IMG/VR virus record: IMGVR_UViG_3300044718_000101
Span: 1 to 57,137 of that record
Origin: a virus
Lineage: Duplodnaviria > Caudoviricetes
Direction: 5' to 3' (one strand)
Length of the DNA: 57,137 bases
The translations under genes and the position numbers were made by a program. This document shows, in pieces, positions 1 to 9,430 of this stretch. How positions within the stretch are numbered: position 1 is the stretch's first letter; every line of letters begins with the position of its first letter. Under the pieces are notes generated by a model that saw only the letters and a program-made list of their open reading frames with translations, made no database searches and was not told the origin of the DNA.

Positions 1-537
1 GTGCTTACCTTCAAAGCATGCGCCAACTGCAAAGGCCGAGTGCCGGATAGCGTACGTCGCTGCCCTCATTGCGGGCTTGATCCGCACAGTCTGGTAAAGC
101 ACACCGTTATTCCGCCGGCACCCCCGACCCAAGTTGTACAAACCGCGCCGCCGATCCAGGCCGTGCCGGTTTACATCGTCCAACCGCCGCCGCCAAAGGG
201 CCGAACATGGCAAATAATCTCCAGCATCATCGGCGCACTGATCGGGCTCTGGGCGGTCAACTCAGCATTGGAATGCAGCCAACCCCACGGGCACGACGAC
301 ACAATCGTATTACACGCCGCCGAGGAGGCAACGAAAGAGCAGTTTGGGGACGGAATCCACTTCCCATCGTTATCGGATGTGAAGGTTGTAAACACCGGAG
401 ACAAGAACTACGACATCAGCGGAATTTTCACAACCAAATACGAACGCTTATTGCATTTCTCGGTGCACGTCGAGATTCTTCCGCAGGAAGGCAACTTGGA
501 GAAATGGGCCTACAGCAACTACCAAGCATGGGAATAA
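1..537 (+). CDS. Zinc-ribbon membrane protein (moron-like)
   Basis: CxxC..CxxC N-terminus, Pro-rich linker, one TM helix; GTG start at window edge. Confidence 0.6.
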   Translation: MLTFKACANCKGRVPDSVRRCPHCGLDPHSLVKHTVIPPAPPTQVVQTAPPIQAVPVYIVQPPPPKGRTWQIISSIIGALIGLWAVNSALECSQPHGHDDTIVLHAAEEATKEQFGDGIHFPSLSDVKVVNTGDKNYDISGIFTTKYERLLHFSVHVEILPQEGNLEKWAYSNYQAWE

Positions 538-544
538 CCTATCT

Positions 545-1558
545 ATGAACGCCACTGCTGATGTATTAGAGGGGAGGAAGAAGCCGCGTAATACTTTCAT
601 AGATTACGTTAGGCTAGGATTGGCTCTGGCTGTTGTAGCGGGGCACCTTCATCCATATTGGACATCCCCTATCCCTTTCTTTTGGCCCAGGTTCGCGGTT
701 CCGGCGTTCTTGGCGATCTCCGGCTATTACGTGTTGCAGAGCTACGAACGTTCATCCTCGTGGTCTGATTTTGCAATCAAACGGGTTCTGAGGGTCGTCC
801 CCGCGTTCGCCATATCTTTGATTATCGTCTGGTTCGCGGGTGGACTTCCGGCGCTTGGCGATTCACTCTTGAGATATGCAACGTTAGATCACGCCGGAAC
901 TTTGAGGGCGTCAGGCATGCCAATCGGGAACTCACCACTTTGGAGCCTGTCGTTAGAGGAGCTGTCTTACGCCGCCCTGGCCGTCCTCTTCACTCTCGGC
1001 ATGTACCGGCGCGTGTGGCCCATCTGGATAGCGTTCGTTATCGCCCTGGGCGTCTCGTTCTATGCCTGGCAATATCAATGGGGCTCACTCGTAGCAGAGC
1101 CGCTTCCGTCTTTCTTTGCGGGCTCCCTCATTTACCTTTATAGGGACAAACTCAAGTCTAGCGTTTGGGTTCTCGGTGTCGCAAGTTTTGTTGCAGGAAT
1201 GATTTTAACCAGACCGTCGTTTACGATGTTCGGGGCTTCGTGCATCGGGTGTGTGCTGGTTGGGGTCGGCTTACTGTTGGCATCCAAGGGGCTGAAGGGG
1301 CTACCGGCTATCCCCGACGTTTCCTATGGCATTTACGTGTACCACATGCCGCTTGCGATTGCGTTCGGCGCTTCGATCAATCCGTTGTTATACGTCCCCC
1401 TCCTCTTTGCACTTTCTATCGGTTCGTGGTATTTGATTGAAAAGCCCGCCCTAAAACTAAAAAACTGGCACCCCCGCCGCAAAGCGAGAGTGCCAGAAGT
1501 AAAGCCCCCGGAGCCCGTAACCTTCCGCACAAAAGGCACTGACTGGTGGATAGCCTAG
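545..1558 (+). CDS. Acyltransferase family 3 (OafA-like integral membrane O-acyltransferase)
   Basis: D-x-x-R..H, FLAISGY, KRVLRVVP, LWSLSLEE, SYGIYVYH, LIEKP motifs; many TM helices. Confidence 0.9.
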   Translation: MNATADVLEGRKKPRNTFIDYVRLGLALAVVAGHLHPYWTSPIPFFWPRFAVPAFLAISGYYVLQSYERSSSWSDFAIKRVLRVVPAFAISLIIVWFAGGLPALGDSLLRYATLDHAGTLRASGMPIGNSPLWSLSLEELSYAALAVLFTLGMYRRVWPIWIAFVIALGVSFYAWQYQWGSLVAEPLPSFFAGSLIYLYRDKLKSSVWVLGVASFVAGMILTRPSFTMFGASCIGCVLVGVGLLLASKGLKGLPAIPDVSYGIYVYHMPLAIAFGASINPLLYVPLLFALSIGSWYLIEKPALKLKNWHPRRKARVPEVKPPEPVTFRTKGTDWWIA

Positions 1559-4278
1559 TTTTTGCTAAGGATGTAATAGTTCGAACCGTCGGAAGTATAA
1601 GTGACGCACCCGCCCTGATTATTGATCGAAACACTCGCCGCTGCCCAAGCGCCCGTACCATTAAAGGTTTCCGAACCGGCGGGTAGGAGCGTTATCGCGC
1701 CCGTCGTCCTTGTGCAAAGGATCGTCATAATGCGGCCCTTACAGAGAGAAGCCGCTACCGCCGTGATCGTTTCAACCCCTGTACCGCCAATCAGCACAAC
1801 ATCATCAGTCGGCAACATCACATAGGTAGCCGAAGCGACTGTTACCTTGCCTCTGAGGATGCTTGACCAGTTGGCCCCGTCGTAGGCCATATCAACGTGA
1901 TCTGTCGAGTTGGTCACATGTCCTGCCGCCGCACCCGTGTACGAGTTCGTCGGAGCCGCAGTGGGGACTCCCGCCATTGAAGGCGGGAACCACTGACCCT
2001 TAGTGGCCGACGTTGCAAGCGCGGAGCCCCTAGCGTTCAACACTACATCGCCACCCTCTCCAACCTCCACATAGGTCACGGTGCTAGCTGTGCCGTTTGG
2101 CGTTAAACGAACCTGCCATTTCGTTCCCAAACTGCCCAATGCTTGACTTTCCGTCGCAATAAATGGCGTAAGCCCGGACGACGTGAACGCCGAAGAATTG
2201 TAGGTTCCCGCGTTGTAGGTGCCGATGATAGCCCCCGAAGTTGGATAGCCAACAATCCCGGTCCTCCAACTTCCAGATGCACCACCGCGCCCGAGGATCA
2301 TTCCAATAGAACTACCACTTGCGATCTGTGCCACCTGAAAGTTAGGCGCGCCAGTGGAGTCCAATCCATTAAAGAAAATCCCCTGATAGGATGCAGGAGC
2401 CGTGAACTGATAGCCGGTGGCAGAAGTGCTTGTAGCTGTTAAAGCTAGCTGCCCAGGCGTGGTGTAAACCATCCCCGAATCCGCCGCCAACGTCCCAGAG
2501 CCGCCGTTGAACTGAACCTGCCCGCTAGAACCAGCCGCCGAAGCCGTCCCCGTAGGCGTAGCCGTCGAAACGCTCGTGATCCTGCCCTTGCTGTCATAGG
2601 TCAGCACAGGAATAGAGGTAGCACCGCCGACCGTTCCACCTGTGACGACGTTGGCAAGAGCCGGTGAAGAAGCGGTACCGGTGAGGTCGCCAGCAAGCTG
2701 AATAGCGCCCTTCTGTGAGGCTCCAGCATCCGCAACGTCAAGCGCGATGCCACCCGCAGAATGGGTAACAGTCAGCTTTGTAGAGCCGGCCGTGACGCTC
2801 TTGTACTCAAGGCCGGATGCAGCGGCATTGACGCCGAGTATCTGATTAGCGGTTCCGATCGAAGATAGGCCAGTGCCACCACGGGCGGTGCCGAAAGTTC
2901 CAGATGTCACATCCGCCGCAGCGTGGGTGTGGTTCCCCGCCGCCGCCTGGGTTGAACCTGTTCCGAGGGTCCGCATCGAAGCGGTTCCCGCTGCTCCGTC
3001 TTTGTTGGCCGCTGCGACTTGTACATCGGTGATCGTAGCCGTGGCAATCTTCGTGGCCGTGATCGCACCGGCACCAATCGTCAGAGCCGGGAAGGTTGTA
3101 GTAGCGTCACCAGTGAACACACCCGCATTAGGCAAGTTTGCAGCGGGCAAGGTGCCGGTCACATCACTTGCCAGGTTCGCTTGATTCCCCCCAGAGATAA
3201 CGCCACCGGACGAGTTCTTGACCAGGCCCGCAGAACTTAACGCACCGAGGGTGAGGTTCTGGGCAGTCAACAATCCAGCGGGAGAACCGCTCATCTTTGA
3301 AGCCCCGGCCACTTGGAAATCAAAGAAGTTCTTAGAAGTCCCCGAAGGCGCGCGAATCCCGAAATAGGTGCCAAAGCTCGAACCACTGAACGAGTCAGAA
3401 CCGAGCTCCATCATGGCGTCAGAGCCAATCGCAAACGGGTCCTTCGTCAGGCTCAAGGTAAACGGAGTCGAGAACGTTGGCGCAAAGCTGAACTGATGGA
3501 AGCTCGACCACGTTGGGGAAAAGCTCTGATCCACTGAAACGGTGCCGGAAGTGGTGATGGTCGTAGGCGAGAGTGAGATTCCCGCGCCGGAGGAGATCGA
3601 CGTAACCGAACCAGTCCCGAACGTGGGAGTAAAGTTAATCCACGCCGAACCATTCCATTTCAGGAAGTCGCCCGACGTAGGAGAGCCCGCACTGACGTTA
3701 GAAAGGTTTCCCAGCGCGATTGCAGGCAAGTCCGCGAGAACCATAGCCCGGAACGTAGGAGCCGCCGCGCTGCCCGTCGTAGGGCCAAAGAAGCCGAAGT
3801 TTGCGGTTTGCGTGGCAAGTGTGGCCGCAAGCGTTCCAGTCGAGGTCACCGGAGAGCCTGAGACATTGAATATCGAAGGCAAACTAAGCCCAACCGATGT
3901 AACCGCCGCCGTCAAATAGTTCGGTGTAAAGTTGACCCAGTTCGAGCCGTTCCACTTTAAGATGTCCCCGCTTGCAAGGCTTGTAAGCGAGACATTCGAA
4001 AGGTTGGCAAGCGCGATCGGTGGCAGATCGGCAAGCACAAGCCCGCGCCAGGTCGGCAGAGCCGCAGAGCCCGAGGTAGGGCCGGCATAAACCTTATTGG
4101 CGCTTTGAGCCGTGATCGATGCCGGCGAGAATGGCACCCAAGCAGTGCCATTCCACTGGATAATTTGGCCCATCGTCGCCCCAGACTGATGCAGCCGGTC
4201 GAGCGGGATCTTCGATTGACAAAAGGCTGAGACGCAGCAAAGCGTCCCCAGCAATAGGGTTAAGAGTTTTAGTTTCAT
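1555..4278 (-). CDS. Fibre/adhesin-like Gly-Ser-Thr-Ala-rich repeat protein with an apparent signal peptide
   Basis: Last gene of the tail region; three G-x-x-(I/L)-x-WNG-x-x-W repeats; internal ~60-aa duplication; N-terminus MKLKLLTLLLGTLCCVSAFC-Q. Confidence 0.65.
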   Translation of the reverse strand: MKLKLLTLLLGTLCCVSAFCQSKIPLDRLHQSGATMGQIIQWNGTAWVPFSPASITAQSANKVYAGPTSGSAALPTWRGLVLADLPPIALANLSNVSLTSLASGDILKWNGSNWVNFTPNYLTAAVTSVGLSLPSIFNVSGSPVTSTGTLAATLATQTANFGFFGPTTGSAAAPTFRAMVLADLPAIALGNLSNVSAGSPTSGDFLKWNGSAWINFTPTFGTGSVTSISSGAGISLSPTTITTSGTVSVDQSFSPTWSSFHQFSFAPTFSTPFTLSLTKDPFAIGSDAMMELGSDSFSGSSFGTYFGIRAPSGTSKNFFDFQVAGASKMSGSPAGLLTAQNLTLGALSSAGLVKNSSGGVISGGNQANLASDVTGTLPAANLPNAGVFTGDATTTFPALTIGAGAITATKIATATITDVQVAAANKDGAAGTASMRTLGTGSTQAAAGNHTHAAADVTSGTFGTARGGTGLSSIGTANQILGVNAAASGLEYKSVTAGSTKLTVTHSAGGIALDVADAGASQKGAIQLAGDLTGTASSPALANVVTGGTVGGATSIPVLTYDSKGRITSVSTATPTGTASAAGSSGQVQFNGGSGTLAADSGMVYTTPGQLALTATSTSATGYQFTAPASYQGIFFNGLDSTGAPNFQVAQIASGSSIGMILGRGGASGSWRTGIVGYPTSGAIIGTYNAGTYNSSAFTSSGLTPFIATESQALGSLGTKWQVRLTPNGTASTVTYVEVGEGGDVVLNARGSALATSATKGQWFPPSMAGVPTAAPTNSYTGAAAGHVTNSTDHVDMAYDGANWSSILRGKVTVASATYVMLPTDDVVLIGGTGVETITAVAASLCKGRIMTILCTRTTGAITLLPAGSETFNGTGAWAAASVSINNQGGCVTYTSDGSNYYILSKN

Positions 4279-4293
4279 GGATTCTCCGAAGTG

Positions 4294-4315
4294 AAAAGGC
4301 CGCTAGAATGGCGGC
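4294..4315 (-). terminator. Putative intrinsic terminator hairpin
   Basis: GCCGC-CATTCTA-GCGGC then CTTTT on the minus strand. Confidence 0.45.
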
Positions 4316-4335
4316 AAAGCGTCTAAAATGGAGTT

Positions 4336-4653
4336 GTGACTAAGGCCCATCTAATCGGCAGTATCTTGCTTTGCTTCTGCGCTGTGATGGCGGGGTTGAC
4401 GAACCTAAATATGATCCAAACAAACAGCGACCTCACCCAGGAGCTAGTCCGCTTAAATAAGCAAATCGAATTTGATAGTCACGAGAATAGCTATCAGGAG
4501 GCGCGAATCTGCTTAATAGACCCGAACACCGGCAGTAAATGGGAATGGAACGACCCGTGGATCGGCTGGACGGTAACGAAGAACTATTGGCCCGTGCTTA
4601 CTATATCGAGCCATGATCCAGCATTTCCGAACTGGACCGTTCTAGCCCCTTAG
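4336..4653 (+). CDS. Small exported/membrane protein, antisense moron inside the tail region
   Basis: Fills the gap between two minus-strand genes; hydrophobic N-terminus; TAAAAT (4324-4329) 6 nt before the GTG. Confidence 0.6.
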   Translation: MTKAHLIGSILLCFCAVMAGLTNLNMIQTNSDLTQELVRLNKQIEFDSHENSYQEARICLIDPNTGSKWEWNDPWIGWTVTKNYWPVLTISSHDPAFPNWTVLAP

Positions 4654-5576
4654 TGCATATAGGTAAGCAAAATACAATCCGCCACGTCCCGCTCAGTCCC
4701 GACCGGCTGAGGAGCATCGCCCGTTAAGGTCATCGTCCAAACCCCGCCAGGCGTCGTAATCGCGTAGTCGTCGATCGGTATCAGAACGCCCTTCCCGTTG
4801 TTCATTTGGGCCAGCACGCCGCCCACAGGTGCCGTCGGAGCCGTGAACACCTTATTCGTCCCGTTGACGGTCCCGGAGGCCTTAACGACCACCTGCTGAG
4901 GCACATGCAGCGTCCCACCGCTAGTAATCTGCGTCTCGTTCCCCGCCGAATCCATCGCGAACAGTTCGACAATCCCGCCAACCGTCCTTCCGTAAATCAA
5001 TATCTCGCCCGTCACATGGACAGGTGAAGAGCCTTGATTCACCAGAGCCGCAAACGTCCCGACGTTCGCCTGCCCGTCGAGGAACAAATCAAACGCAGAG
5101 TGGAAAGGATGCGAAGGAGTGCGGCCAATACCTACCCGCTGATTCAAGAGGTCCAGAATCACCAGGCCACCGGCCAAGCTTTCTGTCATCGGGTCGAGCC
5201 ACGTATCCAGGGCCATACGGCCGCTTGTCCCGACCGTCACCGTTGAGCCGGTGGAAGTAAAACTGCCAAGCCGAACATAAGGCGCGCCCAGGTCGGTTAA
5301 GGTGGTCGAGGTCGAAAGGTTGTTATTATCCGGATCGATCCACACATAACCAGAGGAAGATGCAGGAGCATTGATCGAATTGCCCGGCAAGTCAACCGCG
5401 CATTCTCCCATAGCCTTGCCAGAAGAAACCGTTATGTTCAAGCCTCCGGTCGTGGACAAAGTGAGGCCGCTCATAACACCCCGGCCCTGCCAAGCGTGCA
5501 TCAGCTCAAGCGCGTCAAGCCATCCGTTGGCTAGGCCCTGTGTTAAGTAGTCTCCAAGTTGGGTGTATCCAGACAT
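4650..5576 (-). CDS. Putative minor tail/virion protein
   Basis: Abuts upstream tail gene; GVMSGL..GLNITVSSGKA motif common in tail fibre/baseplate-wedge N-termini. Confidence 0.6.
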   Translation of the reverse strand: MSGYTQLGDYLTQGLANGWLDALELMHAWQGRGVMSGLTLSTTGGLNITVSSGKAMGECAVDLPGNSINAPASSSGYVWIDPDNNNLSTSTTLTDLGAPYVRLGSFTSTGSTVTVGTSGRMALDTWLDPMTESLAGGLVILDLLNQRVGIGRTPSHPFHSAFDLFLDGQANVGTFAALVNQGSSPVHVTGEILIYGRTVGGIVELFAMDSAGNETQITSGGTLHVPQQVVVKASGTVNGTNKVFTAPTAPVGGVLAQMNNGKGVLIPIDDYAITTPGGVWTMTLTGDAPQPVGTERDVADCILLTYMH

Positions 5577-8500
5577 CTATTCTTCACTCCATGTTGTGCC
5601 CATGTCAGGGCTCACAAATCGCCGGTTCGGCGTCCCGCTCAAAAGGAACGTCAATAGCCGCTTCGGACCAGGGTCAATCGAAAGATCGAAAGATGCCTCG
5701 CTGCTGGTCACAATCGGACCAACGTTCACCCAAGTCCCATCCCGCAGCAACCGCCAAAGAACGTAGCGGGTTGTGTCATACACCGCGATGTAGGCCGTCT
5801 GGTTTCGCTTATCCGCACAGGTCCGGCACGATGTCCCGGTAGGCGCTATCGACACGGCCGCATCCCACTTATCGCCCAGCGAAGCCGACTGACAGGCATG
5901 CAAACCGGTCGAATCGATGTAGGCAAGCAGCAAAGAGCCATTGGGCAGATAAGTAATATCAAGGTCCGTAACCACCAACCCCGGAATAACCAACGCATCA
6001 CTCGAATAACCTCCAAGCAAATCAAAGCGCCAAACATGAACCCCGTCATCCCGACCATAGGCAGCCACCATCAACCGGCCCCGCTCCGTCTCGCACAGGC
6101 AAATCCCAGAGAAGATGATCCGCCCGCGTGACTTCTTCCGGTTGAAAGCGGTAAACGGCTGAATCTGCTTCATCGTCAGCCCGCCAGTCGCGCCGGGCTC
6201 AGCTATAAAGTCATAGCTCTGGCCGCTGAAGGCAAACGGGAAACCCGTTCGAAAATAGCCGCCCGCGTCCGGCATTCCAGAGCCGGCATCGCTACTATCC
6301 GAAACCCGCTGAATCCCAACGCTATCGGTCGTATCCGGCTTCCAGTGGCTATCCGTCGCAAGACCATGGCCAGCGCCGCGTAAATACTTCACGAACCGAA
6401 ACACCAGCGGATCGTTGGCCACATAAGCCAAGGTCGAGCCCCATTCCCCCATCCCTGGGTAAGCGTTGATCTGGTCCGCCAGCTCCTGAGCAGGAATCGT
6501 AACCCCCGCCGAGATATCCCGTTCTATCCAATATTCATAAAAAGCAGTATTGAAAGCATAAGTAGCGCCGGCCCCGCCAAGCAAATAGGCCGAGGCACCC
6601 GCATTCAAGGGTGCCGGGCCAGAAGCCGAAAGAGAAGTAGCCGTCCACCCGTCGCACGTGTTGATAAGCTGGCAAACTTCGTTAATATCGTTGCCCAGCC
6701 CCGAAACTCCGCTCAAATCATGGCGAAGCACCTCATCCGGGATCTCAAGACTCTGACGCCCGTCTGTCAAAGCAAGCAAATGGCGCTTGCACATATAGTA
6801 AGCCGAATCCGTCGTCGGGTTGTACGGCATGTAGAAGTCGTAGTGCAGAAACGTCGAAACGATGTCCAGCTTCACCGACCGTTTCACAAACAAATGAATA
6901 TCGGTCACCGTCAAGGTCGAGCCGTTCGGAATGCCGCCAATCGAGAGCGACTTCAGCACGTTCACCCCGGTATCGCGCCCTTCCTGAGTTGGATAACCCG
7001 CAGGATTCCCAAACCCGACCAGCATATGCACGTCGGCAGGATTAGCGATCGGGTAGCGGCTATCCTGAGAGCCGCCCGGCGACGAGCTATCCGGACAGCA
7101 CAAATCGATCTCGTAATCCGCGCTATCGCCAGCCGTCCCGGTCGTAATAGCCCAGGTCTTTCCCCCGATGCCAATCACCAACGGCACGCTATCGCCAATA
7201 TCGATTGAGAGTGAAACCTTCATGTACCGGTGAGATTCCATTCCCACTCTGGGCGAGAAAGCCGCCACAGCACTAGCTCCGTCCGCAGTAGCAGCGCCGA
7301 CCACAACTGTCCCGCCAGGCGTCGTGACCGTGCAACCCGTGCCCGTCCAGCCGGTTAGGTTCGCATGGTGCCCAATATCGCGGGTCGTAGCAAACGCGAG
7401 TCCAATCGCATCCCACTTGCGGCCCATGGATAGTAGGCGCCGATCTCTGGGGTCATCACCCAAGGCAGAGAGAGACGAATCCTTGAGCCAGCAGGACACC
7501 GGCCCCATGGTCTTCAGCACGTCCCCCGAGGAAAGCGAATAGTCGTACTGAGTCCATGAATGATCAGCCTCACCGCCAGAGAAAACGAACTCAGCCGGAG
7601 TAGCTATCCCTACAGCGTCGTAAATCCAATACTGGATTGTCAGATCGCCCTCAAGCCAAACCGCGCCAAAATCCCGAATGGAGCCGAGTATCCGGCAAAG
7701 CTTCGGAGGCCTCCACGTTGCACCGGCAGTCACCTGGCCGGTTCCTTCCAAAACCGCCGTGCAGCCAATTCCGAAGTCCCGCGTTAGTGCAGCCGTCGCG
7801 GGATCGTGAAAGACCAGCGTGTGAAAGGGAGTCGAAACGCCCGCAGTCAGATAGTCGATACGGTTGAACCAAACATTGTTAGCCTGGTGGTCGACCTTGA
7901 CAATATCGACCTTGTAATCTACGCCGTTGATGCTAGGCGTAATGAAACACTCAGAACCCCCCGAGAAGATGCCGGTCATCACCGCTTCAGTGAGCATCTG
8001 GTAGCCATTAAAGTCCGGGATCGGCAGCGCCAGCACCGTGTAGGTGTGCGTCTGGTCGTAGCCAATCGCGGGCACTTCGATGCGCACTGTCAACGATTGC
8101 CCAGGGACGAGCACGAGTTGCACCGCGCGGTTCGTGGCCACCGGCCCCTCAAAGTCAGGAGCAGTAGGCGGAAAGCCCAATGTGTCAGCCGTCAAAGGGT
8201 AGGTAAACAGCGGATCGTCGTAAATCTCGGTGCAGGGGATCGAAACGGTAACCGTGTAATCCAGGGTCAGCTCACCGGGATTAGTGACCTCGCAAGCAAA
8301 CGGACCAAACATTGAACCCGACGAAGGATCAAGATTCAGCGTAATCACCCCAAGCCCATAACCGTTCAGGTTGACGACAAGCTGAAAGAAATAGAACTCG
8401 GTAATCCCGTTTGCATCATTGATCGGACAATCGCTAGCCCGAGGACCGCAGCCACTAATCCCACTACCAGAAACCGGCCCCGACATCTGGTAACCACCGC

Positions 8501-8744
8501 TAGAGCCAACAGCCACCCCCATCCCTGAAGCCGAAAGCGTAGAGTCAAACGACTCGGTAGCAATCTTGTAAGGCTCCGCCCCAGGCACAAACTCGTACTC
8601 GTTGACGACGGCCGTAACCGGCATCCCAAAATCGTTCGCTGCATCGCTGGTAGCCGTAATGGGCGAGAACGTGAAAACCCGCTTACATTCATGGTGCCCA
8701 ATGAACTTAAGCACAAGGGCGCGGTCGTTACCAGAGGTAGGCAT
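5577..8744 (-). CDS. Large putative tail/receptor-binding protein
   Basis: 1055 aa, beta-rich, C-terminal Asp-box-like motifs (SASLGDKW, SPDMGTTW); position in tail module. Confidence 0.6.
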   Translation of the reverse strand: MPTSGNDRALVLKFIGHHECKRVFTFSPITATSDAANDFGMPVTAVVNEYEFVPGAEPYKIATESFDSTLSASGMGVAVGSSGGYQMSGPVSGSGISGCGPRASDCPINDANGITEFYFFQLVVNLNGYGLGVITLNLDPSSGSMFGPFACEVTNPGELTLDYTVTVSIPCTEIYDDPLFTYPLTADTLGFPPTAPDFEGPVATNRAVQLVLVPGQSLTVRIEVPAIGYDQTHTYTVLALPIPDFNGYQMLTEAVMTGIFSGGSECFITPSINGVDYKVDIVKVDHQANNVWFNRIDYLTAGVSTPFHTLVFHDPATAALTRDFGIGCTAVLEGTGQVTAGATWRPPKLCRILGSIRDFGAVWLEGDLTIQYWIYDAVGIATPAEFVFSGGEADHSWTQYDYSLSSGDVLKTMGPVSCWLKDSSLSALGDDPRDRRLLSMGRKWDAIGLAFATTRDIGHHANLTGWTGTGCTVTTPGGTVVVGAATADGASAVAAFSPRVGMESHRYMKVSLSIDIGDSVPLVIGIGGKTWAITTGTAGDSADYEIDLCCPDSSSPGGSQDSRYPIANPADVHMLVGFGNPAGYPTQEGRDTGVNVLKSLSIGGIPNGSTLTVTDIHLFVKRSVKLDIVSTFLHYDFYMPYNPTTDSAYYMCKRHLLALTDGRQSLEIPDEVLRHDLSGVSGLGNDINEVCQLINTCDGWTATSLSASGPAPLNAGASAYLLGGAGATYAFNTAFYEYWIERDISAGVTIPAQELADQINAYPGMGEWGSTLAYVANDPLVFRFVKYLRGAGHGLATDSHWKPDTTDSVGIQRVSDSSDAGSGMPDAGGYFRTGFPFAFSGQSYDFIAEPGATGGLTMKQIQPFTAFNRKKSRGRIIFSGICLCETERGRLMVAAYGRDDGVHVWRFDLLGGYSSDALVIPGLVVTDLDITYLPNGSLLLAYIDSTGLHACQSASLGDKWDAAVSIAPTGTSCRTCADKRNQTAYIAVYDTTRYVLWRLLRDGTWVNVGPIVTSSEASFDLSIDPGPKRLLTFLLSGTPNRRFVSPDMGTTWSEE

Positions 8745-8849
8745 AAGGAAAGCGTTCGAACGGTTCCCTCTTTTGAATGAGGGCTAGGGTGGATGCAAGT
8801 GGTTACGAAACAAGGCAAATGCGGGCCAATCCTAAAATATGGAGCCCGG

Positions 8850-8987
8850 TCACATAAGATGCACGGCAAGCACGGTGAGAAATGCCAGAAGGCATATGTT
8901 CCAAACCAATAAAACGCAGTTCCATCTGATCCTATGATCCAAATCTTGCATTCTCAGCCGATATTCGCAGCGATCAATTTCGGTCAT
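8850..8987 (-). CDS. 45-aa single-TM protein (not in ORF track)
   Basis: AGGAG RBS; MTEIDRCEYRLRMQDLDHRIRWNCVLLVWNICLLAFLTVLAVHLM. Confidence 0.5.
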   Translation of the reverse strand: MTEIDRCEYRLRMQDLDHRIRWNCVLLVWNICLLAFLTVLAVHLM

Positions 8988-9007
8988 GTGTTTCTCCTGA
9001 CCCACCA

Positions 9008-9265
9008 TCACGTAGGATCAACAATATCAATCCCACCATCGGCAAGCACTTTGCTGTAACCGACGACGAAGCGAAACTTCCCAACGTTGGGCCCATCCAA
9101 AAGCCGCAACTGCCGCGATGACCGGGTGTTCAAGAGCGTCCCGTTGACATCGGCCTCCTGTGACCGTCCGCGAGACAAGACGCCAAGGTTCTGCTCCTGC
9201 AGCTTGCGCTTGACCATCTCGCCAAGCATGAGCTTGTTTAATCTCGCTTCCGGTGTCTGACTCAT
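9008..9265 (-). CDS. Hypothetical tail-region protein
   Basis: GGAGG RBS before ATG; co-oriented with tail genes. Confidence 0.6.
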   Translation of the reverse strand: MSQTPEARLNKLMLGEMVKRKLQEQNLGVLSRGRSQEADVNGTLLNTRSSRQLRLLDGPNVGKFRFVVGYSKVLADGGIDIVDPT

Positions 9266-9305
9266 AAAATCCTCCGAACGAACTCAAAACTAACAAACAG
9301 ACGCG

Positions 9306-9352
9306 CCTCTCCTTGTGGGAGAGGTCGGTGAGCCTGCGAACCGGGTGAGGGA
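9306..9352. repeat. REP-like palindromic element
   Basis: CCTCTCC-TTGTG-GGAGAGG hairpin followed by ..CCGGGTGAGGG, the layout of CCCTCACCC/CCTCTCCC-type extragenic palindromes. Confidence 0.55.
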
Positions 9353-9430
9353 GTCTCCGAATCCATTCCGAAACGTCCCAACCATCAGGCGAAGCCGACC
9401 CCCTGCAAACTGAAAGCAGCGAACCGCCAA

